Counted from the first letter of the stretch, positions 1 through 10,474 are shown. The stretch: 40,088 nt of DNA from an uncultured Methanosarcinales archaeon (GCA_964645415.1 CAZXZL010000004.1:1-40088); one strand, 5' to 3'. The notes: generated from the letters alone by a model not told the origin. Made by a program: numbers and translations.

Positions 1-53
<53 letters not shown>

Positions 54-232
54 TAATTACAACAATAATAACATTGATCTTGTAATATTTTCAATTTTTT
101 CCATTTCTTCATGATTTCTTTCAAATTTCTATCTTCATTATTGTTCTTTTTACGATTCAATCAAAACATTTTTAAATAATCTATAAATCCTTCTAATAGT
201 GCACAAAAACTAAATTCTTAAGGTGTTAAATT

Positions 233-793
233 ATGGAGACTGGCTACAGAATATTTGATATTATGACTATGAATCCAATTACTATTTCTGGTGATTCTAG
301 TGTTAAAAAATGTTCAGATTTAATGAAGAAACATGATGTAGGTGGTCTTTTAGTTGTTAAAGGAGATCAACTTCTTGGTATTATTACTGAATACGATTTA
401 GTAAGATCTGTAATTGCTGAAGAAAAAGATTATGATACTAAAGTTGAAGATGTAATGGTTTCTGATACTGTTTCCTCTTCTCCTGATGAAGATATTTTTG
501 TTGCTTTAAAAAAGATGAGGGATTACAAGATTAACTATCTTCCTATAATTAATGATGAAGGTAATTTAACTGGTCTTGTTACTTTAAAGGATATTTTAAA
601 GATCGAACCACAACTTTTTGAAGTGATGGCTGATAGAATTGAGTTAAGAGAGTATAAAAGAAAAATTAACAGTATATCTAATAATGAAGATTTATCTGAA
701 AGTTGTAGTCTTTGTGGTGTACAATCTGAAGAACTATTTGAAGTTGGTGGGGATTTAATTTGTTTAGAGTGTAAGAGAATTTATGAAGACTAA
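233..793 (+). CDS. CBS-domain pair protein with C-terminal Zn-ribbon
   Basis: CBS motifs (DIMT..PITI, GGLLVV..LLGIITEYD, LPII..GLVTLKDI); C-terminal CSLC...CLEC; SD AAGGTG upstream. Confidence 0.85.
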   Translation: METGYRIFDIMTMNPITISGDSSVKKCSDLMKKHDVGGLLVVKGDQLLGIITEYDLVRSVIAEEKDYDTKVEDVMVSDTVSSSPDEDIFVALKKMRDYKINYLPIINDEGNLTGLVTLKDILKIEPQLFEVMADRIELREYKRKINSISNNEDLSESCSLCGVQSEELFEVGGDLICLECKRIYED

Positions 794-821
794 GTTACTA
801 GTCTGGTATATTAGCAAAATA

Positions 822-829
822 TTTATATA
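822..829 (+). promoter_or_regulatory. TATA box for the tRNA-Asp/tRNA-Lys unit
   Basis: TTTATATA preceded by an A-rich BRE-like stretch, about 30 nt upstream of the tRNA 5' end. Confidence 0.55.
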
Positions 830-857
830 CCTATTAATTTTCCATGATTGTAGCTTT

Positions 858-929
858 GCCTTGGTAGTGTAGTGGTTAGCATAGAGGCCTGTCGAGCCTC
901 TGACCCGGGTTCGAACCCCGGCCAGGGCG
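858..929 (+). tRNA. tRNA-Asp (GTC)
   Basis: Acceptor GCCTTGG/CCAGGGC; anticodon arm GAGGC-CT GTC GA-GCCTC; T-arm GGTTCGAACCC; no intron or encoded CCA. Confidence 0.97.
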
Positions 930-938
930 TTTTATTTA

Positions 939-1013
939 GGGCTAGTAGCTCAGTCTGGCTAGAGCATCGGCCTTTTAAGCCGGGTGTCGCGGGTTCAAAT
1001 CCCGTCTAGCCCA
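939..1013 (+). tRNA. tRNA-Lys (TTT)
   Basis: Acceptor GGGCTAG/CTAGCCC; anticodon arm TCGGC-CT TTT AA-GCCGG; T-loop GTTCAAATC. Confidence 0.97.
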
Positions 1014-1126
1014 TAATTGTAATTTTGATTTAAGATGATAAACATTCAAGAGAAAGTGGGTATGTATTATTTCTGTGAATATCATAGTTGTTTTAAACAT
1101 TAATTAATAAAAAAAAGGTGAAATGT

Positions 1127-1369
1127 GTGGCTAAAAAAAAGAAGTTTGACCCAGCGGATCATAATTTAGTACCAAAACATGTTAAGGTATCTGAAGAAGA
1201 GAAAAAGAAGTTAATAGAAGAGTATGGTGATTTAAAAGACTTTCCAAGAATTATGAAAAATGATCCTGCTATTAAGTCTAGGGACTTTAAGCCAGGAGAT
1301 GTTGTAAAAATTATTAGAAAAACTGATCTTAACGATGATGTTTATTATAGGGTGGTTGTAGATGTCTAA
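1127..1369 (+). CDS. rpoH: DNA-directed RNA polymerase subunit Rpo5 (H)
   Basis: HNLVPKH, PRIMKNDPA, GDVVKIIRK, YYRVV motifs; GTG at 1127 chosen because GGTG SD lies at 1117-1120. Confidence 0.95.
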   Translation: MAKKKKFDPADHNLVPKHVKVSEEEKKKLIEEYGDLKDFPRIMKNDPAIKSRDFKPGDVVKIIRKTDLNDDVYYRVVVDV

Positions 1370-2882
1370 ACACTGGAAAAATTTATTAGGTAGTTATTTT
1401 GACAAGTATTCTGTTGTTCATTCTCTAATTGAATCTTATGAGACTTTTGTAGAGAAAGATATGCAGGCAGTTATTGATGAAGAAAAAGAACAAGTTCCTT
1501 CTATTCTTCCTCCAAATGTTGATGATTTAAAAATTGTTTTTAAAGATGTTAGCATGGGAAAACCTGTTGTTTTTGAAGCTGATGGTTCTGAGAGGAAACT
1601 AATGCCAAATAGTGCAAGACTAAGGAAACTTACTTATTCAAGTCCTGTCAAACTAGATATTAATACTGTTGTTAATGGTGTTCCTCATGAGAATGAAAAT
1701 GTTCGTATTGGTTCTTTCCCTGTTATGCTTAGATCAAAATTTTGTCATTTAAATGACATGGATTATGAAACTTTAGTTAAAAATTTAGAAGACCCAAAAG
1801 ATCCGGGAGGTTATTTTATTGTTAACGGTACTGAAAGAGTTATTGTTAGTATGGAAAATTTAGCTCCAAATCGTTTTACTGTTAGAAAAGATGGTACTAG
1901 GGATAAATTTAAAGGAACAGTTTTCTCTGAAGCTAAAAGATATAGGATCTTTCACACTGTTGAAAAAAGAAATGATGGTGTTTATACTGCGTCTTTTTCA
2001 ATGATTAAAAAGATGCCTTTAGTTATTTTAATTAAAGCTTTAGGTATTACAAAAGATGAAGAAATTATGAATCTTGTTGATCCAGAAGGTCAATTTGATG
2101 ATGTTTTAGTTAATTTATATTCTTTTTCAGATATTCAAACTCAAGAAGAAGCTCTTAATTATATTGGAAAGAAAATTCTTCCAAGTAGACCAAAAACTGC
2201 AAGGCTTGAAAGATTAGAGTATATTTTTGATACTTATTTACTACCTCATGTTGATGAGGGAGAAGGTGAATCTAATCATTTAATTAAAGCATATAATCTT
2301 GCAAAATATTGGAAGAAATTTATCCGTATGGAAAAAGGAGTAGATGAATTAGATGACAGAGATCACTATATGAATAAAAGATTAAAAGCTGTTGGTGATT
2401 CATTGAAGGAATTATTTAGATATTCCTTTAGAAGTGTAGTTAAAGACATGCTTTATAATTACCAAAGACTTGTAAAAAGAGGAAAGACTCCGTCTGTTTC
2501 CACTTTGATTAGACATTCTTTATTTACATCAAAGGTTAACTCAATGATGGGTACTGGAAATTGGATTGGAAATAAAACAGGTGTGAGTCAGAGGATTGAA
2601 AGATTAGATCATCTTAATTTACTTTCTCATTTAAAGAGAATTTCCTCTCCGTTGGAATCTTCAAGAGAAAATTTCGATGCAAGAGATGTCCATCCAACAC
2701 ATCTTGGAAGATTATGTCCAATTGAAACTCCTGAAGGACCTAACATTGGACTTAGAAAAGATCTTGCTTTGATGTCTAAAATTACAACAGATACTGAAAG
2801 AGAAGAGTATTTAGATGTACTCAAAAAATTAGGTTTGAAGGTTAATGTTCCTATCGAATCTTATGATGAAGAATCACAATAA
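1362..2882 (+). CDS. rpoB2: RNA polymerase subunit Rpo2N (B'')
   Basis: ARLRKLTYSSP, DPGGYFIVNGTERV, DDRDHYMNKRL, GRLCPIETPEGPNIGL. Confidence 0.96.
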   Translation: MSKHWKNLLGSYFDKYSVVHSLIESYETFVEKDMQAVIDEEKEQVPSILPPNVDDLKIVFKDVSMGKPVVFEADGSERKLMPNSARLRKLTYSSPVKLDINTVVNGVPHENENVRIGSFPVMLRSKFCHLNDMDYETLVKNLEDPKDPGGYFIVNGTERVIVSMENLAPNRFTVRKDGTRDKFKGTVFSEAKRYRIFHTVEKRNDGVYTASFSMIKKMPLVILIKALGITKDEEIMNLVDPEGQFDDVLVNLYSFSDIQTQEEALNYIGKKILPSRPKTARLERLEYIFDTYLLPHVDEGEGESNHLIKAYNLAKYWKKFIRMEKGVDELDDRDHYMNKRLKAVGDSLKELFRYSFRSVVKDMLYNYQRLVKRGKTPSVSTLIRHSLFTSKVNSMMGTGNWIGNKTGVSQRIERLDHLNLLSHLKRISSPLESSRENFDARDVHPTHLGRLCPIETPEGPNIGLRKDLALMSKITTDTEREEYLDVLKKLGLKVNVPIESYDEESQ

Positions 2883-2894
2883 AGGTGAATAATT

Positions 2895-4706
2895 ATGGCT
2901 GAAGTTTATTTTGATGATAAATATTATGGAGAAGTTGAAGAACCAAAAACTTTTGTTTCAAGTGTAAGGGAAGCAAGGAGAAACTCTCTTTTACCAGAGG
3001 GTTTAACTGTTCATTTTAACGATGAAAATAATTCTGTACATGTTAATACTTGTAGAGGTAGGGTAATTAGACCTTTAATTGTTGTTGAAAATGGTGAACC
3101 TTTACTTAAAGAAGAACATTCTAAAAAACTAAAAGATGGAAGTTTAACTTGGGATGATCTTGTTAAAGAAGGAATAATTGAGTACTTAGATGCATCTGAA
3201 GAGGAAGACTCTCTTGTTGCATTTAGAGAAGAAGATTTAACTAAGGAACACACTCATTTAGAAGTTGCTCCTTTAGTAATTTTTGGATTAGGTGCTTCAA
3301 CTGTTCCTTTTATTGAGAGAAATCAGGCAGCTAGGTTATTAAGGTCTGTTAAAACAATTAAACAAGCTGTTGGTTTATATGCTTCTAATTATTTAGTTAG
3401 GATGGATATGGATACTCATTTATTACATCAACCACAAGTACCTGTTGTTAATACTATTACTCACTCACTTGCAGGTTTAGATGACCATCCTGCAGGACAA
3501 AATATGGTTGTTGCTGTTATGGATTATGATGGTTATAATATGGCAGATGCTATTGTTTTGAATAAAGGTTCTGTTGATAGAGGTATTCAAAGAAGTAGTT
3601 ATTTTAGAAGTTTTGAAGCTGAGGAAGCAAGATATCCTGGTGGTTTCGTTGATAAAATTGGTCCAATCGAAAAAGATGTTAATGGTTATAGAAGTGAACA
3701 CGCTTATAGATATGTTGAAGAAGATGGAATTGCTTATACTGGAGCAAAAGTTGAAGAAGGAGATGTTGTAATCGGTAGAGTTTCTCCACCTCGTTTCTTA
3801 AATGAAGAAAATGAATATCGTTTAGGAGAAAGTGTCTGGCGTGAAAGTTCTGTTTCATTAAAACACAGAGAAGAAGGTGTTGTTGATTTTGTTACTATTA
3901 CTGAAAATGATGAAGGTAATGATTTAGTTAGAGTTAAAATTAGAGGTCATAAAGTTCCTGAAACTGGTGATAAGTATACCTCTTGGCATGGTCAAAAAGG
4001 AATTATTGGAAGTTTAGTTCCTGAAGAAGATATGCCTTTTTCAGCATCTGGTGTTGTTCCTGATTTATTATTCTCTCCACACGGTATTCCTTCTCGTATG
4101 AGTGTTTCTCATTTACTTGAATCACTTGGTGGTAAGGCTGGAGCTTTAAATGGTAGGTATGTTGATGGATCACCATTTAAAAATGAAGCTGAAACTGAAC
4201 TAGAAAAAGAATTACTTGAAAATGGATTTTTACCTAGTGGTGAAGAAACTTTTTATCATGGTGAAACTGGTAGAAGATTTAAAGCTAAAATTTATACTGG
4301 AGTAATGTATTATATGAGATTAAAACATTTAGTTTCAAATAAGATACATGCTAGGTCTCGTGGAAGGGTTCAATTATTAACTAGGCAACCAACTGAAGGA
4401 AGAGCTAAAGAAGGAGGACTAAAATTAGGAGAAATGGAAAAAGATACTTTCGTTGCTCATGGTGCTTCTTTATTATTAAAAGAGAGATTTAGTTCTGATA
4501 AGGAAAAAATCCCTGTTTGTGATAGTTGTGGTTCATTTGCGGTTTATGACCACTTTAAAAATAAACATGGTTGTCCAGTTTGTGGTGATGATTCCAGTGT
4601 TTCTACTGTTGAAATAGCTTATGCTTTTAAGTTATTTTTAGATGAATTAACTTCACTTGGAATTAAACCAAAAATGAAACTTAAGATGAGATATCTTGAG
4701 GAATGA
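2895..4706 (+). CDS. rpoB1: RNA polymerase subunit Rpo2C (B')
   Basis: GYNMADAIVLNK, HGQKG, PHGIPSRM, LTRQPTEGRAKEGGLKLGEME, C-terminal Zn finger. Confidence 0.97.
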   Translation: MAEVYFDDKYYGEVEEPKTFVSSVREARRNSLLPEGLTVHFNDENNSVHVNTCRGRVIRPLIVVENGEPLLKEEHSKKLKDGSLTWDDLVKEGIIEYLDASEEEDSLVAFREEDLTKEHTHLEVAPLVIFGLGASTVPFIERNQAARLLRSVKTIKQAVGLYASNYLVRMDMDTHLLHQPQVPVVNTITHSLAGLDDHPAGQNMVVAVMDYDGYNMADAIVLNKGSVDRGIQRSSYFRSFEAEEARYPGGFVDKIGPIEKDVNGYRSEHAYRYVEEDGIAYTGAKVEEGDVVIGRVSPPRFLNEENEYRLGESVWRESSVSLKHREEGVVDFVTITENDEGNDLVRVKIRGHKVPETGDKYTSWHGQKGIIGSLVPEEDMPFSASGVVPDLLFSPHGIPSRMSVSHLLESLGGKAGALNGRYVDGSPFKNEAETELEKELLENGFLPSGEETFYHGETGRRFKAKIYTGVMYYMRLKHLVSNKIHARSRGRVQLLTRQPTEGRAKEGGLKLGEMEKDTFVAHGASLLLKERFSSDKEKIPVCDSCGSFAVYDHFKNKHGCPVCGDDSSVSTVEIAYAFKLFLDELTSLGIKPKMKLKMRYLEE

Positions 4707-4758
4707 TTTTTTTAATTTTCAATATTTATTATTAATTAAATTTATAAGGTGTTAAAAA

Positions 4759-7332
4759 ATGCAAGAAGATGTAGTCAAGGTTGTGGATTCTATTAAATTT
4801 GAATTGTTATCTCCTAAAATTGTTGAAAAGATGTCAACTGTTAAAGTTGTTACTCCTGAGCTTTATGATAAAGAAGGATATCCTGTTGATGGAGGATTAA
4901 TGGATACTAGGATGGGTGTTATTAGTCCTGGATTAAGATGTCGTAGTTGTGGTGGACGTAGTAAACAATGTTCTGGTCATTTTGGTTATATCGAATTAGC
5001 TAGACCTGTTTTACATATTAAATTTATTAAATACATTAAATCTTTCTTAAGAAATACATGTAAAAATTGTGGTAGAGTTTTACTTTCTGATAAACAAATT
5101 GAGTCTGCAAGAGAATTATATAATACTTCAGAAAAACTTGAAGGTCCTATGCTTGCAAGAAAGAAATTAAGTAAAAATATTAAACGTAAGGCTAGAAGAA
5201 AAGACAACTGTCCTCATTGTGGAGATGAGGTTAAAAAAGTCAAATTAGATAGACCTTATAACTTTAAAGAAAATAAAAGAAAACTAAATCCAATTGAAAT
5301 TAGATCAAGACTTGAAAAAATCCCTGATAAAGATTTATTCTTATTTGGTTTTGATTCATCTTCATCTAGACCAGAATGGATGGTCTTAACTATTTTACCT
5401 GTGCCTCCTGTAACTGCTAGACCTTCTATTACTTTAGAGTCTGGTGAAAAAAGTGAAGATGATTTAACACATAAATTAGGAGAGATTGTTAGAATAAATC
5501 AAAGATTATTTGAAAATATTAATGCAGGTGCTCCTGAAGTAATTGTTGATGATTTATGGGATTTATTACAATTTCATGTTTCAACTTATTTTGATAATAC
5601 AAAATCACAATTACCTGTATCAAAATTAAGAGGAGGAAACCTTGCAGTTAAGAGTCTTATTGAAAGATTAAAAAGTAAATCTGGTAGAATTAGACTTAAT
5701 TTATTAGGAAAGAGAGTTGATTTTTCCTCTCGTTCTGTAATTTCTCCAGATCCGATGCTTAAAATTAATGAAGTTGGTGTGCCATTAGAAATTGCAAGGA
5801 ACTTATCTGTTCCTGAATATGTTACTGAATGGAATGTTGATCGAATTAAAGAATTTATTGTTAATGGTAGTGATAATTATCCTGGAGCAAATTATGTTAG
5901 AAGACCTGATGGAAGAAGGTTACGTATTAACTCTGAAACCAAAGAACAAATTATCGAAGAGTTACAACCAGGATATATTGTAGAAAGACATCTAATGGAT
6001 GGAGATATTAGTATTTTTAATAGACAACCATCTTTACATAAACATTCTATGATGGCTTTATATATTAAAGTTCTTGAAGAAAACACATTTAAATTAAATC
6101 CAGCTATCTGTTATCCTTTTAATGCTGATTTTGATGGAGATGAAATGAACTTACATGTTCCTCAAACAATTGAGTCTCAAACAGAAGCTAGGATGCTTAT
6201 GGATGTTAATAAATTATTAGTTACTCCAAAAAATGGTGAAGTAGTTATTGGTTTAGATGAAGATCCAATTAGTGGTGTTTATTATTTAACAAAGTTCTTA
6301 AAAATGTCTAGAAAAGAAGCTGTTGATCTTTTATTATCTTCTGGTGTGATTGATTTATCCACATTAGAGGAAAAAGAAGTTTATGATGGTAAAGATGTAA
6401 TCTCTGCTATCTTTCCAGCAGACTTGAACTTTGAAACTGAGGATGGAAATTTTAAGATTGTTGATGGTAAAATAACTAAAGGAGTATTAGATGACTCTTT
6501 AGTTGGTGCTGGTTCTGGAACTCTTATTAGAAAATTAAGTACTGAATACGATGATAAGAAAGCTGGAGAGATGATTGAAAAAATATTCCGTGTTGGACTT
6601 AAAACTTTAACAAAATTTGGTTTTAGTATTTCACTTAGAGATATGGATGTATCTGATGAAGTTAAAGAGAAAATTGAATCAATTTGGAATAAAGCAGATA
6701 AAGAAGCTAATGATTTAATTAAAAAATATAAGAACGGCGAAGTTAGATCAATGCCTGGTAAAACAACTCAAGAAACTTTTGATGAGAAAATTCAGGTTAT
6801 TTTAGATCAAGCAAGAACTGATATTGGTGATGTTATTGCAGATAATACTGAAGAAGATAGAAGTATTATTGTGATGTTCGAATCAGGAGCTAGAGGAAAT
6901 TTATTAAATCTTGCTCAAATTGCTGGTGCTGTAGGTCAACAGTCTCTAAGAGGAAGTAGAATTAATTATGGTTACAAAGATAGATCTCTTTCTTGTTTTA
7001 AAAGAGGTGAACTTTCTCCTGAAAGTAGAGGATATATTAAATCTAATTTTAGAAAAGGAATGAAACCTGAAGAATTATTCTTTGCATCTATTACTGGTAG
7101 AGATGGTTTAATGGATACTGGTTTAAGAACTCCAAAGTCCGGTTATTTATATAGAAGACTATCTTCAACAATGCAGGATTTCCATTTAAGATATGATGAA
7201 ACAGTAAGAGATGGATCAGGTGGAATTATTCAGTTTAAGTATGGAACTGATGGTCTTGATGTTTCAAGGACTGATCAAGGTGAATTAAATGTTCAATCTA
7301 TCATAAGAGATGTTATCTCTAGTGAGGATTGA
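4759..7332 (+). CDS. rpoA1: RNA polymerase subunit Rpo1N (A')
   Basis: Catalytic NADFDGDEMN; Zn fingers CRSCG..CSGHFG; FNRQPSLH. Confidence 0.98.
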   Translation: MQEDVVKVVDSIKFELLSPKIVEKMSTVKVVTPELYDKEGYPVDGGLMDTRMGVISPGLRCRSCGGRSKQCSGHFGYIELARPVLHIKFIKYIKSFLRNTCKNCGRVLLSDKQIESARELYNTSEKLEGPMLARKKLSKNIKRKARRKDNCPHCGDEVKKVKLDRPYNFKENKRKLNPIEIRSRLEKIPDKDLFLFGFDSSSSRPEWMVLTILPVPPVTARPSITLESGEKSEDDLTHKLGEIVRINQRLFENINAGAPEVIVDDLWDLLQFHVSTYFDNTKSQLPVSKLRGGNLAVKSLIERLKSKSGRIRLNLLGKRVDFSSRSVISPDPMLKINEVGVPLEIARNLSVPEYVTEWNVDRIKEFIVNGSDNYPGANYVRRPDGRRLRINSETKEQIIEELQPGYIVERHLMDGDISIFNRQPSLHKHSMMALYIKVLEENTFKLNPAICYPFNADFDGDEMNLHVPQTIESQTEARMLMDVNKLLVTPKNGEVVIGLDEDPISGVYYLTKFLKMSRKEAVDLLLSSGVIDLSTLEEKEVYDGKDVISAIFPADLNFETEDGNFKIVDGKITKGVLDDSLVGAGSGTLIRKLSTEYDDKKAGEMIEKIFRVGLKTLTKFGFSISLRDMDVSDEVKEKIESIWNKADKEANDLIKKYKNGEVRSMPGKTTQETFDEKIQVILDQARTDIGDVIADNTEEDRSIIVMFESGARGNLLNLAQIAGAVGQQSLRGSRINYGYKDRSLSCFKRGELSPESRGYIKSNFRKGMKPEELFFASITGRDGLMDTGLRTPKSGYLYRRLSSTMQDFHLRYDETVRDGSGGIIQFKYGTDGLDVSRTDQGELNVQSIIRDVISSED

Positions 7333-7391
7333 TTTGTTATTTTTTATTTTATTTTTATATGTTTTTCAAAAAAAATTATTGAGGTGTAATA

Positions 7392-8573
7392 ATGGTAAGC
7401 TCAAAGGTAATTAATAAAATTGCAAAAGATTATGAAGAGAAGCTTCCTGAAAAAATTTTCAAGGAAACAAAATCAAGTATCCCAAAAGATATTAAAAAAT
7501 CTGAAGTCGAAAAAATATTTGAATCTGTTTATCAAAAATATTTGGATTCTAAAGTTGATCCTGGTGAAGCTTTAGGTTTGATTGCAGCACAATCATTTGG
7601 TGAACCATCTACTCAGATGACACTTAATACGTTTCACTTAGCAGGTGTTGCTTCTGTTAATGTTACTTTAGGTCTACCTAGAATTATTGAGATTGTAGAT
7701 GCTAGAAAATCTATTAGTACTCCAATTATGGAAGTTTATCTTAAAGAACCATATAGTAAAGGAAAGAATATCAAAGATTTAGCTTTACAATTAAAAGAAA
7801 CTAAATTAGATGGAATTGCAGATAATATTAATGTTGATCTTGTTTCTCAAGAAATTTCTATTGATATTGATGAAGAGACTTTAAAAAAGAGAAGTATTAC
7901 AATTAAAGAAGTTAAAGATAGATTAAAAAAGAGAGTAAAAAATATGGAGTATGAAATAGATAGTGGAAGTATTGTTTGTTCTCCTAAAAAAGAAATCGAT
8001 GATTATACTGATTTATTTAGAACCAAAGAGAGATTAAAAAAGGTTTTTATCTCTGGAATTAAAAAAGTTAAAGATGTTCTTCCTTTTGAAGAAAATGGAG
8101 AATATTATCTTGTTACTTACGGTACTAATTTAAAGAAAGTTTTAAAGAAAGATTTTGTTGATAAAAAAAGAACTATTAGTAATGATCTTCACGAAATTAG
8201 AAAATGTCTTGGAATTGAAGCAGCAAGGCAAACTATTGTTAATGAAATTAAAAAAGTTCTTGATAACCAAGGTATTCCTATTGATATAAGACATACTTAT
8301 TTGTTATCTGATGGAATGACTGTTGGTGGAGATATTCAGGGAGTTACAAGGTATGGTCTTATTAATGAGAGAGATAGTGTATTATCTCGTGCATCTTTTG
8401 AGGTTCCAATTAGACATCTTGTTGAGGCTGGATTTTCTGGAGAAGTAGATGAGTTAAATGGTGTTTTAGAAAATGTTATGCTAAATCAACAAATTACTGT
8501 TGGTACTGGTGTTGTTAATGTTTCTTTTGATCATAATAAATTTAATGAATCTTTAGAAAAAAATAAAAAATAA
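7392..8573 (+). CDS. rpoA2: RNA polymerase subunit Rpo1C (A'')
   Basis: [43 protein letters not shown]. Confidence 0.97.
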   Translation: MVSSKVINKIAKDYEEKLPEKIFKETKSSIPKDIKKSEVEKIFESVYQKYLDSKVDPGEALGLIAAQSFGEPSTQMTLNTFHLAGVASVNVTLGLPRIIEIVDARKSISTPIMEVYLKEPYSKGKNIKDLALQLKETKLDGIADNINVDLVSQEISIDIDEETLKKRSITIKEVKDRLKKRVKNMEYEIDSGSIVCSPKKEIDDYTDLFRTKERLKKVFISGIKKVKDVLPFEENGEYYLVTYGTNLKKVLKKDFVDKKRTISNDLHEIRKCLGIEAARQTIVNEIKKVLDNQGIPIDIRHTYLLSDGMTVGGDIQGVTRYGLINERDSVLSRASFEVPIRHLVEAGFSGEVDELNGVLENVMLNQQITVGTGVVNVSFDHNKFNESLEKNKK

Positions 8574-8593
8574 AAGTATTAAGGTGAATTATA

Positions 8594-8857
8594 ATGGCTA
8601 TAGTTGACGATATTAGAAAATCAATGGAAGATGAAAAATTAGTTATTGGAAAGAATCAAGTTACTAAATGTTTAAAACAAAAAACATTAAGTAAAGTTAT
8701 TTTAGCAACAAATACTCCTGAAAAATTATCTGAAGATATTGAGTATTACTCTTCTTTTTCAGATGTTTCTTTAATTAGATCTGATAAAAATAATGAAGAG
8801 TTAGGAGTTATTTGTAAAAAATCTTTTGGGATTTCCGTTTTAGGTATTGAGGAGTGA
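8594..8857 (+). CDS. rpl30e: 50S ribosomal protein eL30 (L7Ae/L30e family)
   Basis: KLVIGKNQVTK..VILATN..NEELGVICKKSFGISVLGI; canonical position after rpoA2. Confidence 0.9.
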   Translation: MAIVDDIRKSMEDEKLVIGKNQVTKCLKQKTLSKVILATNTPEKLSEDIEYYSSFSDVSLIRSDKNNEELGVICKKSFGISVLGIEE

Positions 8858-8865
8858 TTATTTCC

Positions 8866-9288
8866 ATGGTAGGTTTTGTTGTTGATAAAGAACTTATTTT
8901 TTATATGAATAAGTTTAGAAAAATTTCTCGTGTAGAACCAAAAGAAGCTTTTTTTGATACTCGAGATAATTTAATCTTTGTCATTCCTAATAATACTCTT
9001 GGAAAGTTTCTTAGAAAAAATAAAAAACTTCTTAAAGTTTTAAATAAAAAACTAAATGAAACAGTTAAAGTTGTTGAATTTAGTCCAAATATTAAAAAAT
9101 TTGTAAGAAACATGATTTATCCAGTTAAACCTGAAGGAATGTATGTTAATGATAATGTTCTTTACTTGTCTTTAAATTCAAGAGTTGATCGTGGAAAAGT
9201 TTATGGTAAAGGTAAAGAAGATTTTAAAAAATTAAAGTATACTGTTAAAAAATACTTTGATGATGTTGATGATGTTAAGTTAAAATAA
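8866..9288 (+). CDS. nusA: Archaeal NusA (KH-domain transcription factor), divergent
   Basis: VKVVEFSPNIKKFVRNMIYP and DRGKVYGKG KH-like motifs; conserved position after eL30. Confidence 0.8.
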   Translation: MVGFVVDKELIFYMNKFRKISRVEPKEAFFDTRDNLIFVIPNNTLGKFLRKNKKLLKVLNKKLNETVKVVEFSPNIKKFVRNMIYPVKPEGMYVNDNVLYLSLNSRVDRGKVYGKGKEDFKKLKYTVKKYFDDVDDVKLK

Positions 9289-9310
9289 TTAAAAAAGAGG
9301 TGTATATAAA

Positions 9311-9832
9311 ATGCCAATTGTTTATTCAAAAGTTTTGGATGTTAAAATTAATCGAGAGAAAGATAAGGAAGAAAATTTGAATTTTGATTTTTCTATAGAA
9401 AGTATTGAATCTACTAGTTTAAATATTAGGGGAAATGAAGAAAAAGGAGTTAAATTTATTACTGTTTTTTCTGAAGAGTATGAGGATGGTCCTCATATTA
9501 AGATAAAAAATGAAGTAGTATATTTAGTTCCAAGAAAAGCTTCTGATAGTGTTGATCTTGATGGTGATAAAAAGAAAATACCTAAAGCAATTGTAGATGA
9601 TGTTGTTGATCATATTGTTGATAAAACTTTTAATTTAGCTGTTAAGTTAGGATTAGAAGTTGGAATTAAACAACCATTAAACAAACCTAAGATTACTAAA
9701 GATAAAACCAAGAAGAAAGCAAAGAAAAAATCTAAAGAGAAAAAAGATAAATCTGATAGTAAAAAATCAAAGAAGAGTAGTAAGAAGAAAAAATCAAAAA
9801 GTAAATCAAAGAAGAAAGGTAAAAAGTCTTAG
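9311..9832 (+). CDS. Hypothetical protein with Lys/Ser-rich C-terminal tail (possibly the conserved archaeal SecB-like family)
   Basis: SD GAGGTG; about 125-aa globular part, then KKSKEKKDKSDSKKSKKSSKKKKSKSK low-complexity tail; family call is from memory only. Confidence 0.75.
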   Translation: MPIVYSKVLDVKINREKDKEENLNFDFSIESIESTSLNIRGNEEKGVKFITVFSEEYEDGPHIKIKNEVVYLVPRKASDSVDLDGDKKKIPKAIVDDVVDHIVDKTFNLAVKLGLEVGIKQPLNKPKITKDKTKKKAKKKSKEKKDKSDSKKSKKSSKKKKSKSKSKKKGKKS

Positions 9833-9836
9833 TAAT

Positions 9837-10070
9837 TCAATCTTTATCACACAATCTTTATCAAAGTTTTTAATCTACGATTAAACACCCTTAAAAGTTT
9901 GTAATTTTATATTACACACTTCTAAACTTTAGTTTAGTAATCTTTGATTTTATATGATTGACCAGGATGGTACTATACTACCTGTAGCACGTTAGTTCTC
10001 ATATTATTCTATTTGTTTCTATTTTTGTTTTTATAAGCTCCTATTTCTTTTTTTTTAAAGATGATTTTTA
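9837..10070 (+). repeat. Dispersed mosaic repeat, copy A
   Basis: 9852-9956 is the exact reverse complement of 17044-17148; the core TTGACCAGGATGGTAC...GCACGTTAG...TTTTTGTTTTTATAAGCTCCTATT...AGATGATTTT is shared with copies C, D and E. Confidence 0.9.
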
Positions 10071-10174
10071 TAGATTTTCTCTTTAGGTTTTTATTTTCTA
10101 CACTCTTTAGCACTTTATCTTCTTCACTTTTTTAGTTCAAAATCTTCGCTATTTTTAGTTTAGCAATTAGTCTA

Positions 10175-10383
10175 CGTTTTACCTAAAGAATATGTCTTCG
10201 TTTAAGTGCAGTGTTTAGGGCAAAATCCTCTAATAATGGAGTAATATATGAATGAAATAAAAGTAAATGAAATCTAATTGGTACTTCAGTGCCATTCGTT
10301 AGAATGGTATTATCCTTGCCAACTTACTAAACTAAAGTTTAGAACTGTTAAATTAGAAATTTAAAAGTGTGATAAAAGTTGAG
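10175..10383 (-). repeat. Dispersed mosaic repeat, copy B (more divergent), plus a short fragment at 10382-10410
   Basis: Reverse complement CTCAACTTTTATCACACTTTTAAATTTCTAATTTAACAGTTCTAAACTTTAGTTTAGTAAGTTGGCAAGGATAATACCATTC aligns with 39756-39850. Confidence 0.85.
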
Positions 10384-10474
10384 GGCAAAATCATCCAAGA
10401 AGAAAAGGAACATATGATAATTTATTTTATCTGTCTTTGTGAGTTAATTGTTTTTAGAAAAATTAATATTTTTA

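Noticed and set aside
1362..4706. Split rpoB as a pseudogene or novelty
   Set aside because: The B''/B' split is established in several archaeal lineages; both halves are intact and B' has its own SD.
9837..10410. Repeat region as a CRISPR array
   Set aside because: No regularly spaced identical direct repeats with unique spacers, and no cas genes.
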